From Salpingoeca rosetta (lineage: Eukaryota; Protista; Choanoflagellata), in NCBI GenBank assembly GCA_033442325.1, contig JAWQFM010000013.1, positions 440,077 to 504,076 on the forward strand: 64,000 nt of DNA, written 5' to 3'. A model generated the notes under the pieces. It worked only from the letters and a program-made list of their open reading frames with translations. It searched no databases and was not told the DNA's origin. The first letter of the stretch is position 1; each line of letters begins with the position of its first letter. Both the position numbers and the translations under genes were made by a program. Shown here piece after piece: positions 9,728-23,719 of this stretch.

Positions 9728-11493
9728 ATGACCGGCCACTCCTCTGGTCGAAAGGGCCAAGTGGTAGGTTCCAATGCGATGCCTGGCAAACCAACAACAG
9801 GAGCGCCGCGCCAATGCTGTCATGGAACAATGTCAGCGTGTCGTCAGTTGCGAGCTGCTTGTAACCACGGGTCTAATGCAGTCCTCACCACTTGCATTGC
9901 CATGTGCGCTGCTTGCCTTGTTGTTTTGTTTGTCACCTCGACAGCCCATTATCAAAGGCGCTTGGACTAAGAAGGTGAGCAAGCTGCATTGGACAGGGTG
10001 GATGCGCTTGGCGTTCAGGTTGTGCGCATGCCCGTGCCGACGCATGCATGACATGTCCCTGTTTTCACGACGAATGCATGTGCACGTGTGTGTGTTGCAG
10101 GAGGACGACAAAGTACGAGAGTTGGTGAAGAAACATGGTGCAAAACACTGGTCCCTCATCGCCAAGGAACTGCCAGGCCGTGTCGGCAAGCAGTGCCGTG
10201 AGAGGTGAGCTTTGTATGCGTGTGTGTGTATTGTGTGTGTGTGTGTGTGTGTTGGAGCGAGAGACAAGTGGGCTGGATTGTGTCGAGCACTTGATGTGAG
10301 TGTGCATGCATGTGGTGCGACACCTGAAGAGGAGGGTGACTCACCTCTTTGCCAAATGGTACGCTTCTCGACAGATGGCACAATCACCTCAAACCATCCA
10401 TCAAGAAAGGGCCGTGGACACAGGAGGAGGACGACATCCTGCGACGCGCCCACGCCGAGCTCGGCAACAAGTGGGCGGAGATTGCAAAACGCCTTCCCGG
10501 CAGGTAATTTGCGCGCGTGTTTCTCTCTGTATCTGTGCAGACAGGCTGGAAGTGTCTTCAGACACGGTGCCGCTTTGTGTGGACGTCATGAGAGTGCGTG
10601 GGTTGCTTGTGCTGTTGTCCATTTGCGCTCACCATGAGACTGCGCCACGATTGCCTGCACATCGTCGCAGAACGGACAACAACGTCAAGAACCGCTGGAA
10701 TTCAACAATGCGCAAGCATGGACAGAAAAAATCATCATCATCAGAGGTGTGTGTGCACAACTGCCGTGTTTTCTGATCTGCTGGTGCTCTTGTACGTGCA
10801 ATGTGTAACGACGCGTTGGTTTGCACATCTCACCGCTGTATGTGTGTGTGTGTGTGTGTTTGCGACCCCACAGCGCTCTGGCCGATCGTCCAAGGGCAAA
10901 GGCTCACACGGTACTGCGCTCTTTTTCCTCTGGTTGCTGTCCTGGCCTGCCGCTGGGCTTGCACGCCTGTATCCACACATGCGCTGTGTCACATGATTCA
11001 CACAACCCAACGACAAGTACAAACGTTTCTCTCTCATATGCACACACACTCTCTCTCAAACGTACACATGCACACACTGATGCACACACTGACACGCACA
11101 CACTGATACACACACGTACACACACACACTTACACTTTCTCTCATTTACGCATCCACGACAATCACGGAGCAGACAAGCGCCGACCGTCTGCGCTGGTGA
11201 ACCGAATGACAGCGACCGCACAGGCCAACGCATCGCCGTCACCAGCATCAACAGCAACACAAGCGGTGGGCGCGTCGTCGTTGTCGTCGCCACACACTTC
11301 CGGCATGACCCAGTCTGGTGGTGCCGGTCTGTCCCTGCTCGGCGGGCAGTTTCTCTCTGCAGATGTGTACAGTCTCCCGCACGACCCGGGCCCAGATGCG
11401 CCAACACCCACAGCGCTGTATCCGCGCGTTAACGCGTTTGACCCGTTTCTACAGGGCCACCACCACCATCATCACAACAGCACCCAGCAACAA

Positions 11494-11525
<32 letters not shown>

Positions 11526-12190
11526 ACAACAGGAGGCGCAATCACGTCGACTGCAACCACGTGACATCTACAGCTTGCACACGCCGCAGTCCCACCACCA
11601 ACAACAACACCAACTGCAACAACAGCCGTCGCACGTGTATGCGCGACCCGGCGTTCTTTACAAGGACGATGGGGTTGACGACGCGACGTTCTCCGACCAC
11701 TCGCCATCGCAGCAGCCCGTGAGCGCAGAGGACATGATGGCGGTGGCCCACAGGCCGCACAAGCACCGCACCAGGCACCGCAGCCGTGCGCGCCGCGCGC
11801 ATGATCAGCGACGCCGCCATGATGGTGGTCGTAGGGACGACAGTGAACACGATGATGATGACGACAATGATGGCGGTAGCGGTGATGATTGTGACAACGG
11901 AGACGCCGTGGACGGCAGCAACCACGACAGGCATGTGCAGAGCGGTTGTGGCGAGGGCGATGATGCAACAACAGCAGTAGGTAGTGATGGAAGCACGTCC
12001 ATTGCACACCAGCAGCATGTGCTGTACTCGCCGCCTGTTGCCGGATTTGATCCGCTGTCTGCAGCCACCAACGCGTCACCGCTGCCATCCCGCCTCCGTG
12101 ACGCTGCCGTGAGTACCGTCATCGTTTGTGGTGGTGGTGGTGGTGTTTGGTGTTTGGTATGCAGGAGTGAAGGAGTATAGCATGGGTCTT

Positions 12191-12246
<56 letters not shown>

Positions 12247-12936
12247 TCTGGAGTACCCGTTGGTTCGCACGCTGACTTACATCGTGAATTTTTATGTGTT
12301 TGTGGACTGTGATGCCGCTGCCCAGGCGAATGCCGATGGTCAAAGCGACGAGGCGCCGTAAGTTTGGGCATATACCGCATGCAATGCTCTGCTCAACCAT
12401 CCACGCACACTCGCCCATACATACAAACTGCAACGTGTGCGGGCTGGCATGGTCCCGCCATTCCTCACCACCACCACCACCACCACCACCACCAATTATC
12501 ACCACGACCATCATTATCGTTGATGCGTGGAGCAGGGCGCCGTCGCTGTCTGCCACGCCCATGCGTTATCGTCGCCCCATCCTCTTCACCCCGACACACG
12601 ACCCGCTCGCAGGCGGCGTCGCAAGATGTACGCACACGCCTGCATCTGCCAACTTGCTGCTCGCGTTGTAGTGTGTGTCGTGTGTGACACTTGTTCTTTG
12701 TTTGTGTGTTCGTTTGCTTGTACTTGCTTTGATCGCGGCCTTTACTTGAGCCCTTCGCGTGGCCTGGCCTTGCTTGGAATTGTCGATGTCTCACCTCGGT
12801 TTTACGGTCTTGGCGACTGCAAACAACACCAGGGGACGACTCGCCTGTCAGAATCACGCCGAGAAAAGCCCGCGTGCAGTGAGTTTCCCCCGTTTCGTCT
12901 CCTGCATGCACACGCTCACTCACTTACACACACACA

Positions 12937-12975
<39 letters not shown>

Positions 12976-13598
12976 TCTCTCTCTCTCTCACACACACACT
13001 CTCTCTCACCCCCTCATTCACTCACTCACCTACACACCAACCCACTGTGTGTGTGCAGCGAGCCGGCGCTGACGCTGCCGCGGACGCGCATCCAACCAAA
13101 ACCGCTGCCGGTCCTGCCGGACCCAACGTCCCCCTGTGCATCTCCACTCGCCCTCATGTCCCCGGACAGGCTCGCCCGCGACGTACTCCTCCTCGACACA
13201 ATCAGGACGTCGGCAGCGCCCACCGCTGCTGTTGGCGTTAGTGGTGCTGGGAATGGCACCAGTGCAGCGGACCAGTTGCCCACCTCGCCCCGCATGGGCA
13301 GAATGACAGCGATGACAGCAGCAGCAGCAGCGGTGAGCGGCCGCAGCAGAGGAACCGCCAGCGCAGACAGCCGGAGCGGTGGCAGCGGTGGCAGCAGCGT
13401 TGCCCATGCCAGTGCAGTGCCGCGGCAGATTTCGCAGGCGATGATGGCGCGGGCGCAGCAAAGCCATTTGGCGTCGCCGTCCCGCTACTTCTCGTTCCCG
13501 ACAGTCGCCGCAGAACCAGCAAGGGCGCCACCACCAGCAGCCACCACCAGCAGCAACAGCAGCCGGCAGCGTGACCATGCGAAGGATGACGACAATGC

Positions 13599-13670
<72 letters not shown>

Positions 13671-14603
13671 GAGAGAGAACGAGGACACGGCTGCGAGCAC
13701 CGCCATGGAGACGGAGGCTGATGACGCGCAAGAGACCGAGATGCGCGGTGACACCGCGGCCCCGTCCAGTACCACCACAACCAGCACAGCTACCACAACG
13801 GCGGCCACTGCGAGTGCGCCTGCGACAGTCTTGTCTTCGAAGAAGACGCGAGCTGCGGTTGCGCGCAAGGGAGCGGTTGCGGCGGGCCGGAGCGACAAGG
13901 CGCCTATGTCATCGCCGCAGACGCCGTCACACCGCGCTGCAGCACGCGCACATGCACACGGGACACGCGCGCAGGAGACGCCGTCAACCTCGGACGCGTT
14001 TGGATCCAGGATTGGCCGGTCCACCAAGGTGATGATGGTGATTGTGGTGATGATGTTGTTGTTGTTGTTGCTGTTGTTGTTGTTGTTGTTGTTGTTGTTG
14101 TGTGCTGCTTCTTTGAAGGCAGACGAACATTCTTGACACATGCGCGTACGTGCGCGTCCGCTTTACGATCGTCTCGCCCCTTGAACCCCCTCCCCCTCCG
14201 CCTCTATTATTTCTTGCACTCTTCTCACATGCACAATTACATATTCTTCCCATGCGCACAGATGTCGCTGCTTGCCAAGTTTGGTGCGTCGGCGGCGACA
14301 AGCGGTGTGGAATGGAAGCACGGCCTCGCGTCACTTGACCAGAACTCAAAGCGCCCAAAGGTACAGCGGTTACATGTACATGTGTGTGTTGATGGCTGTT
14401 TGGGTTGATGAATCGACATCACTGATGGATAGGCTCACGTACCGACATGCATGAGCATGCGTGCGTGTCTGGTGAAGCTTGTGCGCATGCACTCATCACC
14501 GTCATGACACACCCACACCATCCACGCCACCAATTTGCCACCACCTTTCCTCAATCAGGTTGCGGCATCGCCCACGCGTCGTGCTGCCCAGCATCGCACG
14601 TGA
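9728..14603 (+). CDS. MYB: c-Myb/B-Myb-family transcription factor (R2R3 repeats, long low-complexity C-terminus), multi-exon
   Basis: Spliced: MTGHSSGRKGQV|PIIKGAWTKK|EDDKVRELVKKHGAKHWSLIAKELPGRVGKQCRER|WHNHLKPSIKKGPWTQEEDDILRRAHAELGNKWAEIAKRLPGR|TDNNVKNRWNSTMRK. Large exons at ~11.2-12.1 kb and 13.06-14.03 kb are rich in S/T-P sites. The start and last exon are less certain. Confidence 0.88.
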
Positions 14604-15891
14604 ATGCAAATGCAATTCAGCTGCATAGACACCATCAAAGTGCATGCTTTTCTGTCCACCACTGGCTGGTCCGGGGAACAGCCGTGCCCATTTGCGTTGA
14701 TTTTTGTTGGGGTGGAGCCATCCATTTTTCCTTTCTTCACCAAACGCGTTTTGTGTGGTTTTGAAGTATGACTGCGTTTGCACTTTCTACCATCATTGCG
14801 TAGTGCATCCCTTTTGTTGTCACTTGCTCGCCGATGAGTTGCGCCTGATTTCATACTCCAAATGCATTCGTTTATTCTTGGCACCGCCCAACCGGCCCCC
14901 TTGTCAGCATCTTTGTTCCTTCATGCGCCTGCGTCTGCTTTCTCTTTCTTTGCTTTCGCTTCCACCATGCCTTTCTTCCCTTCTTTTTTCTTTCTTTCTG
15001 TTCACTGCCTCCTAATTGTATATGCGGCGCGCATGCCTATGTGAATGGTTTGTGTCTGTGTGTGTGTGTGTGTGTCTGTCTGTCTGTCACTTTAATGTTG
15101 CGTCGATGGCTGTGTTGTGTATTTTGTGGTGTGTGCGCGTTTTCTTGTTTTTCAGCCTTGGTGCCAGCACGCACAACCGCTGCTTGCTGTTGCTGCCCTT
15201 GCTTTCTGCTGTTCAATGTCACCGCTCTTGTTCCTTTTGTATGCGGTGCTGCTGTGCGCTGCTTTGTTCATGCAGCGCGCAAACCAGGGTGCGATTGTTT
15301 TAACACCCATGTCATGCCACACATGCCGTATGTGAGCGTGCACCCCCGGCTTTGCCCGTGCAACACACGAGTTTTCGATGCACATCAATGCCTGTTGTCT
15401 TCTTCATCCATTTTTTGTACCTGCACACCCCACCTGCTTTCCGTTCCTCTGTTCCTAATGACACATGCAATGACAATGGCCCGACGTGAAGGCACCAATG
15501 GAGACGTGTGTGTGGGGGGGGGGGCAAAACGCGACGGCGGGGTGTCATGGGTTGTTTAATGGGCGATTTATTGCAAGCAATCGCTTGCAGAAGAGGCGGG
15601 TTGTGTGTTTGCGTGCGAGAGAAACTCGAAATCCCGAGCATGCAACACGAAAGCAACCGCACCGAGAAACAAAAGGCACGCTCACAGCACATAAATTGAA
15701 CCAACCAACCCACAACAGCAAGCCTTCATCCAAAGTCACAAAGAAAAACCACAAGTACACGCAAGGCGTGGTGATGTGTGCACATGTGTAGGTGTGCATT
15801 TGTATGTGTGTATGCGTGCGTCCGTACCGGTGTGTGTGTGTGTGTATGTGTATGTGTGTGTAAACCAGTGTGTGTGTGTGTGTGTGTGTGC

Positions 15892-16918
15892 CTATGGCTC
15901 GGGCCCGACGTAGCCCTTGCCGCGGAAGAGGATTCGGCAACGGACATTTGAGTCGAGGGCCTCAAGCTCCGACTTGACCTGCTCAATGTGGTCAGCCTCA
16001 AGGTCAACAACCAGGTACCTGTTGGGTCGAGGGTGGGGGCACGCATGGAACAAGTTGGGCATTGGGGTTAAGGGGGTGAGGAGGAGGAAAGAGATGCACG
16101 TGACGTGCTTGAATGTGTGTGAAACTTGGTAGCGGGGACAAATTCAGCAGATACACACATACACACATGTCCACACACATGTCCACACACATGTCCACAC
16201 ACATGCACACACACACATGTCCACACACACACACACACATGTACATGCACACACCCGATGCGTTCGGACGTCTCGAGCTGTTGGGAGGAGATGTTTGCGA
16301 TGGAGAGGATCCTGTTGATGTCACGAAGGACACCGGGGGTGTTGATGTGGAACGACAGCACGCGCGACTGGCCAGGCTGCAGCTTGCGTGTCACATTCAC
16401 TTCGGGCACGTTGACGGCAGAGAGGGTGGATCCGTGGTTGATGTAGGCAATGAGCTTGCTCGCCACCTCCCGACCAATGCTGGCCTGGGCCTCCTCCGTC
16501 GACCCGCCAATGTGCGGGGTGAGGATGGTGTTGGGGCAGCCCTGCAGGCACACGGCCCAGTCCTTGGTGTGGCCGGCGGGCTCCGAGGGAAACACGTCAA
16601 AGGCAGCGCCGGCGAGATGGCCAGAGCGCAGCGCAGCAGCAGCCGCCTCAATGTCGACCACAGACCCGCGGGCATAGTTGATGAGGTAGCTCCCGGCTTT
16701 CATCTGTTGCAGGGGGGTGGTTGTGTGAATCGGCGTGTGTTGGCGTGTTGTGAAGGAGGGGAGGGTGATGCAAATGGATTTTGCACCCACATGCATGTCA
16801 ACGAGCGTGTCGCAACACCAAACACACAATGTACAAAAAGCACCCAACGCACACACACGCACACACGCACACACACACGCACACACGCACACACGCACGC
16901 ACACACGCACACACACAC

Positions 16919-16954
<36 letters not shown>

Positions 16955-18302
16955 GTGCGATGCGCTCTGCGTTCATGAGGTTCTTGGTGGACTCGTCTGC
17001 GGGGACGTGGAGGGAGACAAAGTCAGACACTTCCAGCAGCTCCTCCATAGTGGGCACCTGGGATGCGTTGCCAAGACACAGCTTGGGCTCAATGTCGTAG
17101 AAGATGACACGCATGCCCATGGCCTCTGCCAGCACGGACAGCTGCGAGCCAACGTGACCATAGCCAACAACGCCAAGCGTCTTCCCGCGCACTTCGTAGC
17201 ACCTGCAACAACATCCAGCAACAAAGCAGTGAGCGTGTGAACAACAATACCCACGTGTGTGGAGGGGAGGGGAGGGGGGCATGAGTCGACCGTTCTCGTT
17301 GCATGGCTGTGAGCTGTGTGCGTGTGCATGTCTGAGTAGGGGTTGGGCTCCCTGTTTTGGGGGAAAGAGACGAGGATGGAACGTGGTTGATACGCCGACT
17401 CACTACTCACTCACTACCTTGCCTTCATCTGGCTCCACTTGATGGTTGCCACAACGAACTTCTGCCTCCTGTGCACTGACCGTCACAGCCACCTCCTGCT
17501 CCCCTCATCCTGTGACAATCACCTCAGTTCCTCCCGGTCACTTCACTTCACGGCTGCCTCCCGCCTTCCCTTTCCTCATCGTTCACTCCCCTGGACTTTT
17601 CTCGAACCCCCTGTTCCCCCCCCCCCAATTCAAGCCCGCAGCGTGCGTGTGCGTACTGACCCGACTGAGCGCTTGTTCCATTCACCGGCGTGCATCTCCT
17701 TGTTGCGGTCGCTGGCCTGGCGCGCAAGCGTGATGATGTTGGCGATGACCAGCTCGGAGACGCTGCGCGTGTTAGCGTAGGGTGCGTTAAAGACGGGGAT
17801 GCCCTTGGTGGCTGCCAGCTTGAGGTCGGTTTGGTCGGTTCCAATGCAGAAGCAGCCGACGGCGACGAGCTTGTCCGCCGCCTCCAGAACGCGCGATGTG
17901 AGCTTGGTCTTGCTTCTCACACCGATGATGTGCACGCCCTTCATGGCCTCAATCAGGTCGTCCTCGCCGTACTTCACCTGTGATTGGACGACATGGGATG
18001 TGAGAAGAGGGGGGTAGGTAGGTAGGCGCACAGCAGGTGACGAAGGTGATGAGCAGCAGCAGCGGTAGCAAGTCGCAGGTACAGTCGCCGTCATACGTCA
18101 CACACAGTGTCCCCACCAGGATCACGACGCAAGCAAGCAAGCAAGCAAGCAGCAACAGCCATAGAAAGCACAGTGGACTCACAGCCTGCTTGACGGTGTA
18201 GCCTTCAGCCTCGAATGTCTTGACAGCATCTTGGCTGATCTTCTCCATCAGCAGCACGGTGATGCGAGAAGGGTGAATGCGGTCAAGGTTCGCCGACGAC
18301 AT
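15892..18302 (-). CDS. serA: D-3-phosphoglycerate dehydrogenase (SerA type with C-terminal ACT domain), multi-exon
   Basis: MSSANLDRIHPSRITVLLMEKIS, GVRSKTKLT, GCFCIGTDQTDL, PVFNAPYANTRSVSELVI, GKTLGVVGYGHVGSQLSVLAE, LINYARG, LTPHIGGSTEEAQ, ACT-like HINTPGVLRDIN; ends ILFRGKGYVGPEP-TAG. Confidence 0.96.
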
Positions 18303-19270
18303 GGTGCTGTCTGCTTCTCTTGGCTCTGTTGAGGGTGCGTGGCGGTGATGAGCAGTCGATGCTGAGTGTGGAAAATGAGCCGTTGCTGTTGTTGTTTGCC
18401 GTCTGCTGTTAGTGGTGTGTTGGTGGTGCGTTGATGCGACATGACACACGACAGACACACACACCACAGTGTTCATTTCATGCGTGGTGCGAACGCAAAA
18501 AACAACAACAACAACCACACAAACAAACAAAAGCAGCCACTTCTTGCGTTGTTTGTCGTGCCACCGCAGCTGTGACACGTACGCATGGATGTTGTTTATG
18601 TGTTGGTGGTTGGTTAGTTGGTTGGCCAAAGAGGTGTTGCTTCTGCTGCTGCTGCTGCCTTCTTCGTTCGTTCAGTGGCGCGGACGAGTGTCCGGTGGCA
18701 ACGTCATTGGGAAGTCATCCATCGCTGCACACAACCTGTGATTCCAGTGATTCGATGTACATGTAATGAACCCTTTTCGACAATCTGCAGGCATCTTCAT
18801 ATATTTTTCGTGGATGAATCTATGACTCGCACATAACCGAGAGGCAATGCCTGACTATCCACCACACCCAACAATTTGGGTTGGTGCTTTTTTTGGGTAT
18901 TTTTTTTTCTTGTCGTGTCTGTTTTTGGCCCCTCCCCCTCCTCCTCTCTTCTGTCTTCTTTGGCAGCAGACCACCACGGCGCCGTCGCCAAACAACACAA
19001 CTTGCTTGCTTGCTTGTTTCCTTCTGGCTTGCCTGGTGCACACTCAGCACACTCAGCACACTCTCTGCACACGAACCTCGGAGACAGGACTTCCTCTCTC
19101 TCTCTCTCTCTCCTCTTGTCTGTTTTTCTTCCCACAGCTGCTACTTTGCAGTGACTTGCACAGCACCCCGTCTTGTCATTTTATTTGTTGCAGTCGCTGG
19201 GGTAATCACAACGACACACAAACAAACACAGCACACCACACACACACACACACACACACACAAGACCATC

Positions 19271-20317
19271 ATGACAGAGTACCGGCTCGTCGTTGTTGGA
19301 AGTGCGTGCCGCTGTGCTGTGCCTTGGGGCTTGATGAGAGGGGAACGCTTGCTGTCGCGTGCACACTGCGCGCATGCTGTCTGCTGTGTGTTTGGTGTGG
19401 GTGGGTGTGAGATGTGGTGAGGAAAGACAGTCGTTTGTGATGTGATGACGGAAGAGAAGATGCGGGAGAGGCATCGCCATCGATGTGATTGCGGCAGGAT
19501 AGCACTCAACCGCAATGCTCACTTGTATGCGTGGCTTGTTTCCGTTGTTTCTGTGCGTGTGCTTGTGCGTGTGCAGCTGGTGGCGTGGGAAAGTCTGCGC
19601 TTACCATCCAGCTCATCCAACAACAGTAAGTGATGGACGACAGAGAGAGAGAGTGTGTGTGTGTGTGTGTGTGGAAACACGAGAGTGCTGGTGTGCCGTC
19701 TTGCTTGAATGTCTGCGTCGAATCGTGGGCTTTGGTCACCGCCACTGTCATCTCAATCTCATGTGTTGTTTGTGATGACCTCACCCTCCTGCGTCCAGCT
19801 TCGTCACCGAGTATGATCCAACCATCGGTATGTCATGCCGCCATGAGGCCACGCCATGATGCCCATGTGCATGCATTTGAATATGAATGCGAATCACTGT
19901 CTGCAGAGCAGCCGTGCTGTGGCTGCTTGCCCTTGTCACATGTGGAACGGAGAACTCACCATCATGTACCCATGCATCTGCGGCTCTATGATTCGCTGGT
20001 CCACAGAGGACTCGTACCGAAAACATGTGTCCATCGACGATGAGGCATGCCTCCTTGATATCCTTGACACAGCCGGCCAGGAAGACTACAGGTTGGTCCA
20101 CGTGGAGAGGAGTGAACTGTGGCGTGCATATGTTCGTGGGAAGAGAGGTGGGATTGGGATGGAGATTGCCGATGGGTGTGTGTGTGTGTGTGTGTGTGTT
20201 GAGCTGCGCCCTCGCGACGCGTTTTTGTTTCTGACATGCACCTCCATCATCACTCACTCACAACACCACCACCACACCAACAACAACAACAACAATAACA
20301 ACAACAACAACAACAAT

Positions 20318-20373
<56 letters not shown>

Positions 20374-20620
20374 ACACGCGGGTGTGGCAGTGCAATGCGG
20401 GATCAGTACATGCGGACGGGCGAAGGGTTTCTGTGCGTGTATTCGATTGATTCACAGCAGTCGTTGGACGAGATACACTCCTTCCGTGAACAAATCCTCA
20501 GAGTCAAGGACCAAGATGAGGTTCCCATGATCCGTAAGTTCTGCCCACCGGGCGTCGGCTGGTCACTTGGACAGATGGTCGAGGAGAGGAGAGGAGAGGA
20601 GGGGGGACAAGGAGCGTTTA

Positions 20621-20684
<64 letters not shown>

Positions 20685-21008
20685 GGACGCAGCATACCGT
20701 CCTCATCCTCCGCTTTACGCTGTTCGTTCCCTTCCTCGCTCACACACGCACGCACACACTACAGTTGTGGGCAACAAGTGCGATCTTGAGGAGCACCGGG
20801 AAGTGTCGACAGAGGCCGGACAGGCCGTTGCAAAGTCGTACAGCATCCCCTTTATGGAGACATCCGCAAAGAAGCGCATCAACGTGGTGCGTACCCTGTC
20901 GTTGTTGTGCGTTGTTGTTTTGTTTTGGGGTAGGAGGGCTGACCGTTGCGTGTCTTGTGTGTGTTGTTGTTGTTGTTGTTGTTGTTGTTGTCGTTGTTGG
21001 TGTTTGCG

Positions 21009-21044
<36 letters not shown>

Positions 21045-21079
21045 CGTTGTTGGTGTTGTTGTCGTTGTTGGTGTTTGCG

Positions 21080-21160
<81 letters not shown>

Positions 21161-21724
21161 GTCTTGTTTGTGGGTTCATGCGTGCAGGCACAACGAAGGT
21201 ACTGTGTATTCACTAGCCATCCTCTTCCCTGGCACACGTACGCGCACTGCAGGAGGAGGCGTTTTACCAGCTCGTGCGTGAGATTCGCAAGTACAAGAAG
21301 AAGCACAACCCCGAGGTGTGTCGTGATGTTCTCGTGCACACGTGCACGTTGGTGGTACATTCCTTTGCCATGCATGCAGGCATTGAGTGGGCCACCAGCA
21401 CAGCAGCCTGCCACACAGCTGGGCACCAGACATTTCACACCACCATCATCAATGGCGATGGTGATGGGAACGACTTGCGATTCAACACTCCACACACCAA
21501 ACACCGCCTCACACCCCTCTCACCACCACCACCACCACCCTCTCACATGACATCTCACATGTTGTTGTTGTTGTTGCCACCGTTTGTGTGTGTGTGTGTA
21601 TGTGTGTGTGTGTGTATGTGTGTGTGTGTGCGTGTGTGTGTGCGTGTGTGTGTGCGTGTGTGTGTGTTTGTGTTTTCAGGGCGGCGCTGCGCCGAAGAAG
21701 AAGAAGTTCTGCACCCTCCTCTGA
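19271..21724 (+). CDS. RAS: Ras GTPase (8 coding exons) with polybasic region and CAAX tail
   Basis: Spliced protein [82 protein letters not shown]...VGNKCDL...[45 protein letters not shown]. Confidence 0.98.
20278..20373 (+). repeat. (AAC)n tract in a Ras intron; (TTG)n tracts at ~20963-21159 in another Ras intron
   Basis: Trinucleotide runs visible directly in the sequence. Confidence 0.9.
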
Positions 21725-22257
21725 TGACCGTCAACCCCCCCCCCTCACACACACACACACACACTTCTTCTTCTTCCCTCCCCTTTTTGCGGCGTTGTGT
21801 GTCCTCTGCCATGCTCAGCACTTGCACATCCCGTCCAGACCCTTTCATTCCCCCCCCCCCTTTTCACACCCACTACCTCCTCGCCCATGTGTCACGTTTG
21901 TTTGTGTTTGTTTTGCTCGTCCTGCGTTGCTGTTTTTGTTGTTGTTGCATGGTGTGCACATTCAACAATGTGGTCTGTTGGTGTATGTGCATGTGCATGC
22001 GTCTAGACTGGTGGTTGGCTCTTCCACCCACTGTCTGTGTTCTTGTCTCTGTTTCATGTCACTGTGTGTGCGAGTGCATTGGTTGCGAGCACTCTGTACT
22101 AACGACCCAAATTACACAACCAAGCCTTGACTGCCTCCTTCACCAGCAATGCCCCCCCCCACACACACACACACATATGTACACATATGCACACACACAA
22201 ACACAAACACACACACACACACGCGCGCGCATGTCCACGTGTTCATGGGCGGTGCGA

Positions 22258-22459
22258 TTAGAAGCAGCACTTGCAGTCAAATGGGCAGTCGGGTGTGCCT
22301 GAAAAGCAACAACAAAGGCAGAAGAAAGGATATGTGTTAGACAGGCAGATGGATGCTTGTCTGTGTGCGTGTGTGCGTGTGTGTGTGCGTGTATGTGTGT
22401 GCGTGTATGTGTGTGTGTGTGTGTGTGTGTGCGTGTATGTGTGTGCGTGTGTGTGTGTG

Positions 22460-22499
<40 letters not shown>

Positions 22500-23556
22500 T
22501 GTGTGTGTGTGTGTGTTGCACCATGTGCTACCAGCAGGGCGTGGGCGTAACTACAGACACACAAGCAAGGCTTGCTGGCTGGCGTGTCAAGTGAGTTGGC
22601 CGTGCCTGAGCTGTCTCACCTCCGCTATCTGCGCGAATACCAAGTTCCTCATATGTGTACACCCGAAGGCCATCAATCATCTTTCGCTCTGTCACATTCA
22701 ATCACATCAAAGGCAAACACGTCATGAGCATCAACATGCATCACTTCGTGCTTCACCTTGTGTGTCGGTGTATCTGTGTGTGTGTGTCTGTGTATCTGTG
22801 TGTGTCTGTGTATGTGTCTATGCGTGTCTGTGTGTATACGTGTGTGCCGGTCTGTATCCGTGTTTTGTCTGCCTCTGACACATGCACTCAACCACAGCTT
22901 CCCAAACAAAGGACAGGCATGCCGACATCTACAGCACGCACGCCCAAACCCCGATCACACACACGCGCGCGCACACACGCACACACATACACAAGCGTAC
23001 TCTTTTTGCGCAGCCCTTGGCTGTCGCTAAAGTCGTCCTCATCGTTGGCCCTGAGTTTGTTTGTCCATGAGGGCACCTTTCCATTGCCCTTGCCTTTGCT
23101 CCCGTCTTGCGAACCTGCATCCTTGGCGTCTTGTGTCTTCTTGCTTGCGGCGGCACTTGCAAAGATGTCGTCAATCTCACTCGCTCCCTTCTTCGTCTTC
23201 TTCTTCTTCCGCTTTGCTGTCTCGTTGTTCGCTGCTGCTTGCCCGTTCTCCTGCTTCTTCGTGACGGTCTTCTTCCCACCAGCTTCTGGCTGACCTTTGC
23301 CCTTCTTGGTCTGCTTCGTCTTCATCTCCTGCTGGTCCTGCTTCTGTTGTTTCTGCTGTTGCTGCTTGTGCTTCTTCTTTCCGTCCTTCTTGCTCTTGTG
23401 TTCCTTCGCCATCACCCCCTTCACCACACCGTCTCCTCCCTTCCTGCTCCTCTGCTCCTTGCCCTCCCCTTCTTCCTCCTTCTTCCCTCCTCCCCTTCCC
23501 ATCATCTTCTTCTTCTTCGTTGTCGCAACACGTGGTGCAGCAACCCCGTCGTTCAT
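22258..23556 (-). CDS. DUF1764-family lysine-rich protein, multi-exon
   Basis: K-rich N-terminus, [28 protein letters not shown] and C-terminal [13 protein letters not shown]-stop, all typical of DUF1764. Start codon uncertain. Confidence 0.8.
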
Positions 23557-23719
23557 ATCCGGTGGTGGTGGTCCTTACGCACTACATTTAATGCTGTCGT
23601 GTCGCACATTCAACGCAGCCACCAACCAATTCATCGGTCAAACAAGCACTCGCACCAACCCACCTCCACTTCACCTTCACTCCACCTTCACACTCGCACT
23701 AGGTGGGCGCGTTGCGGCC

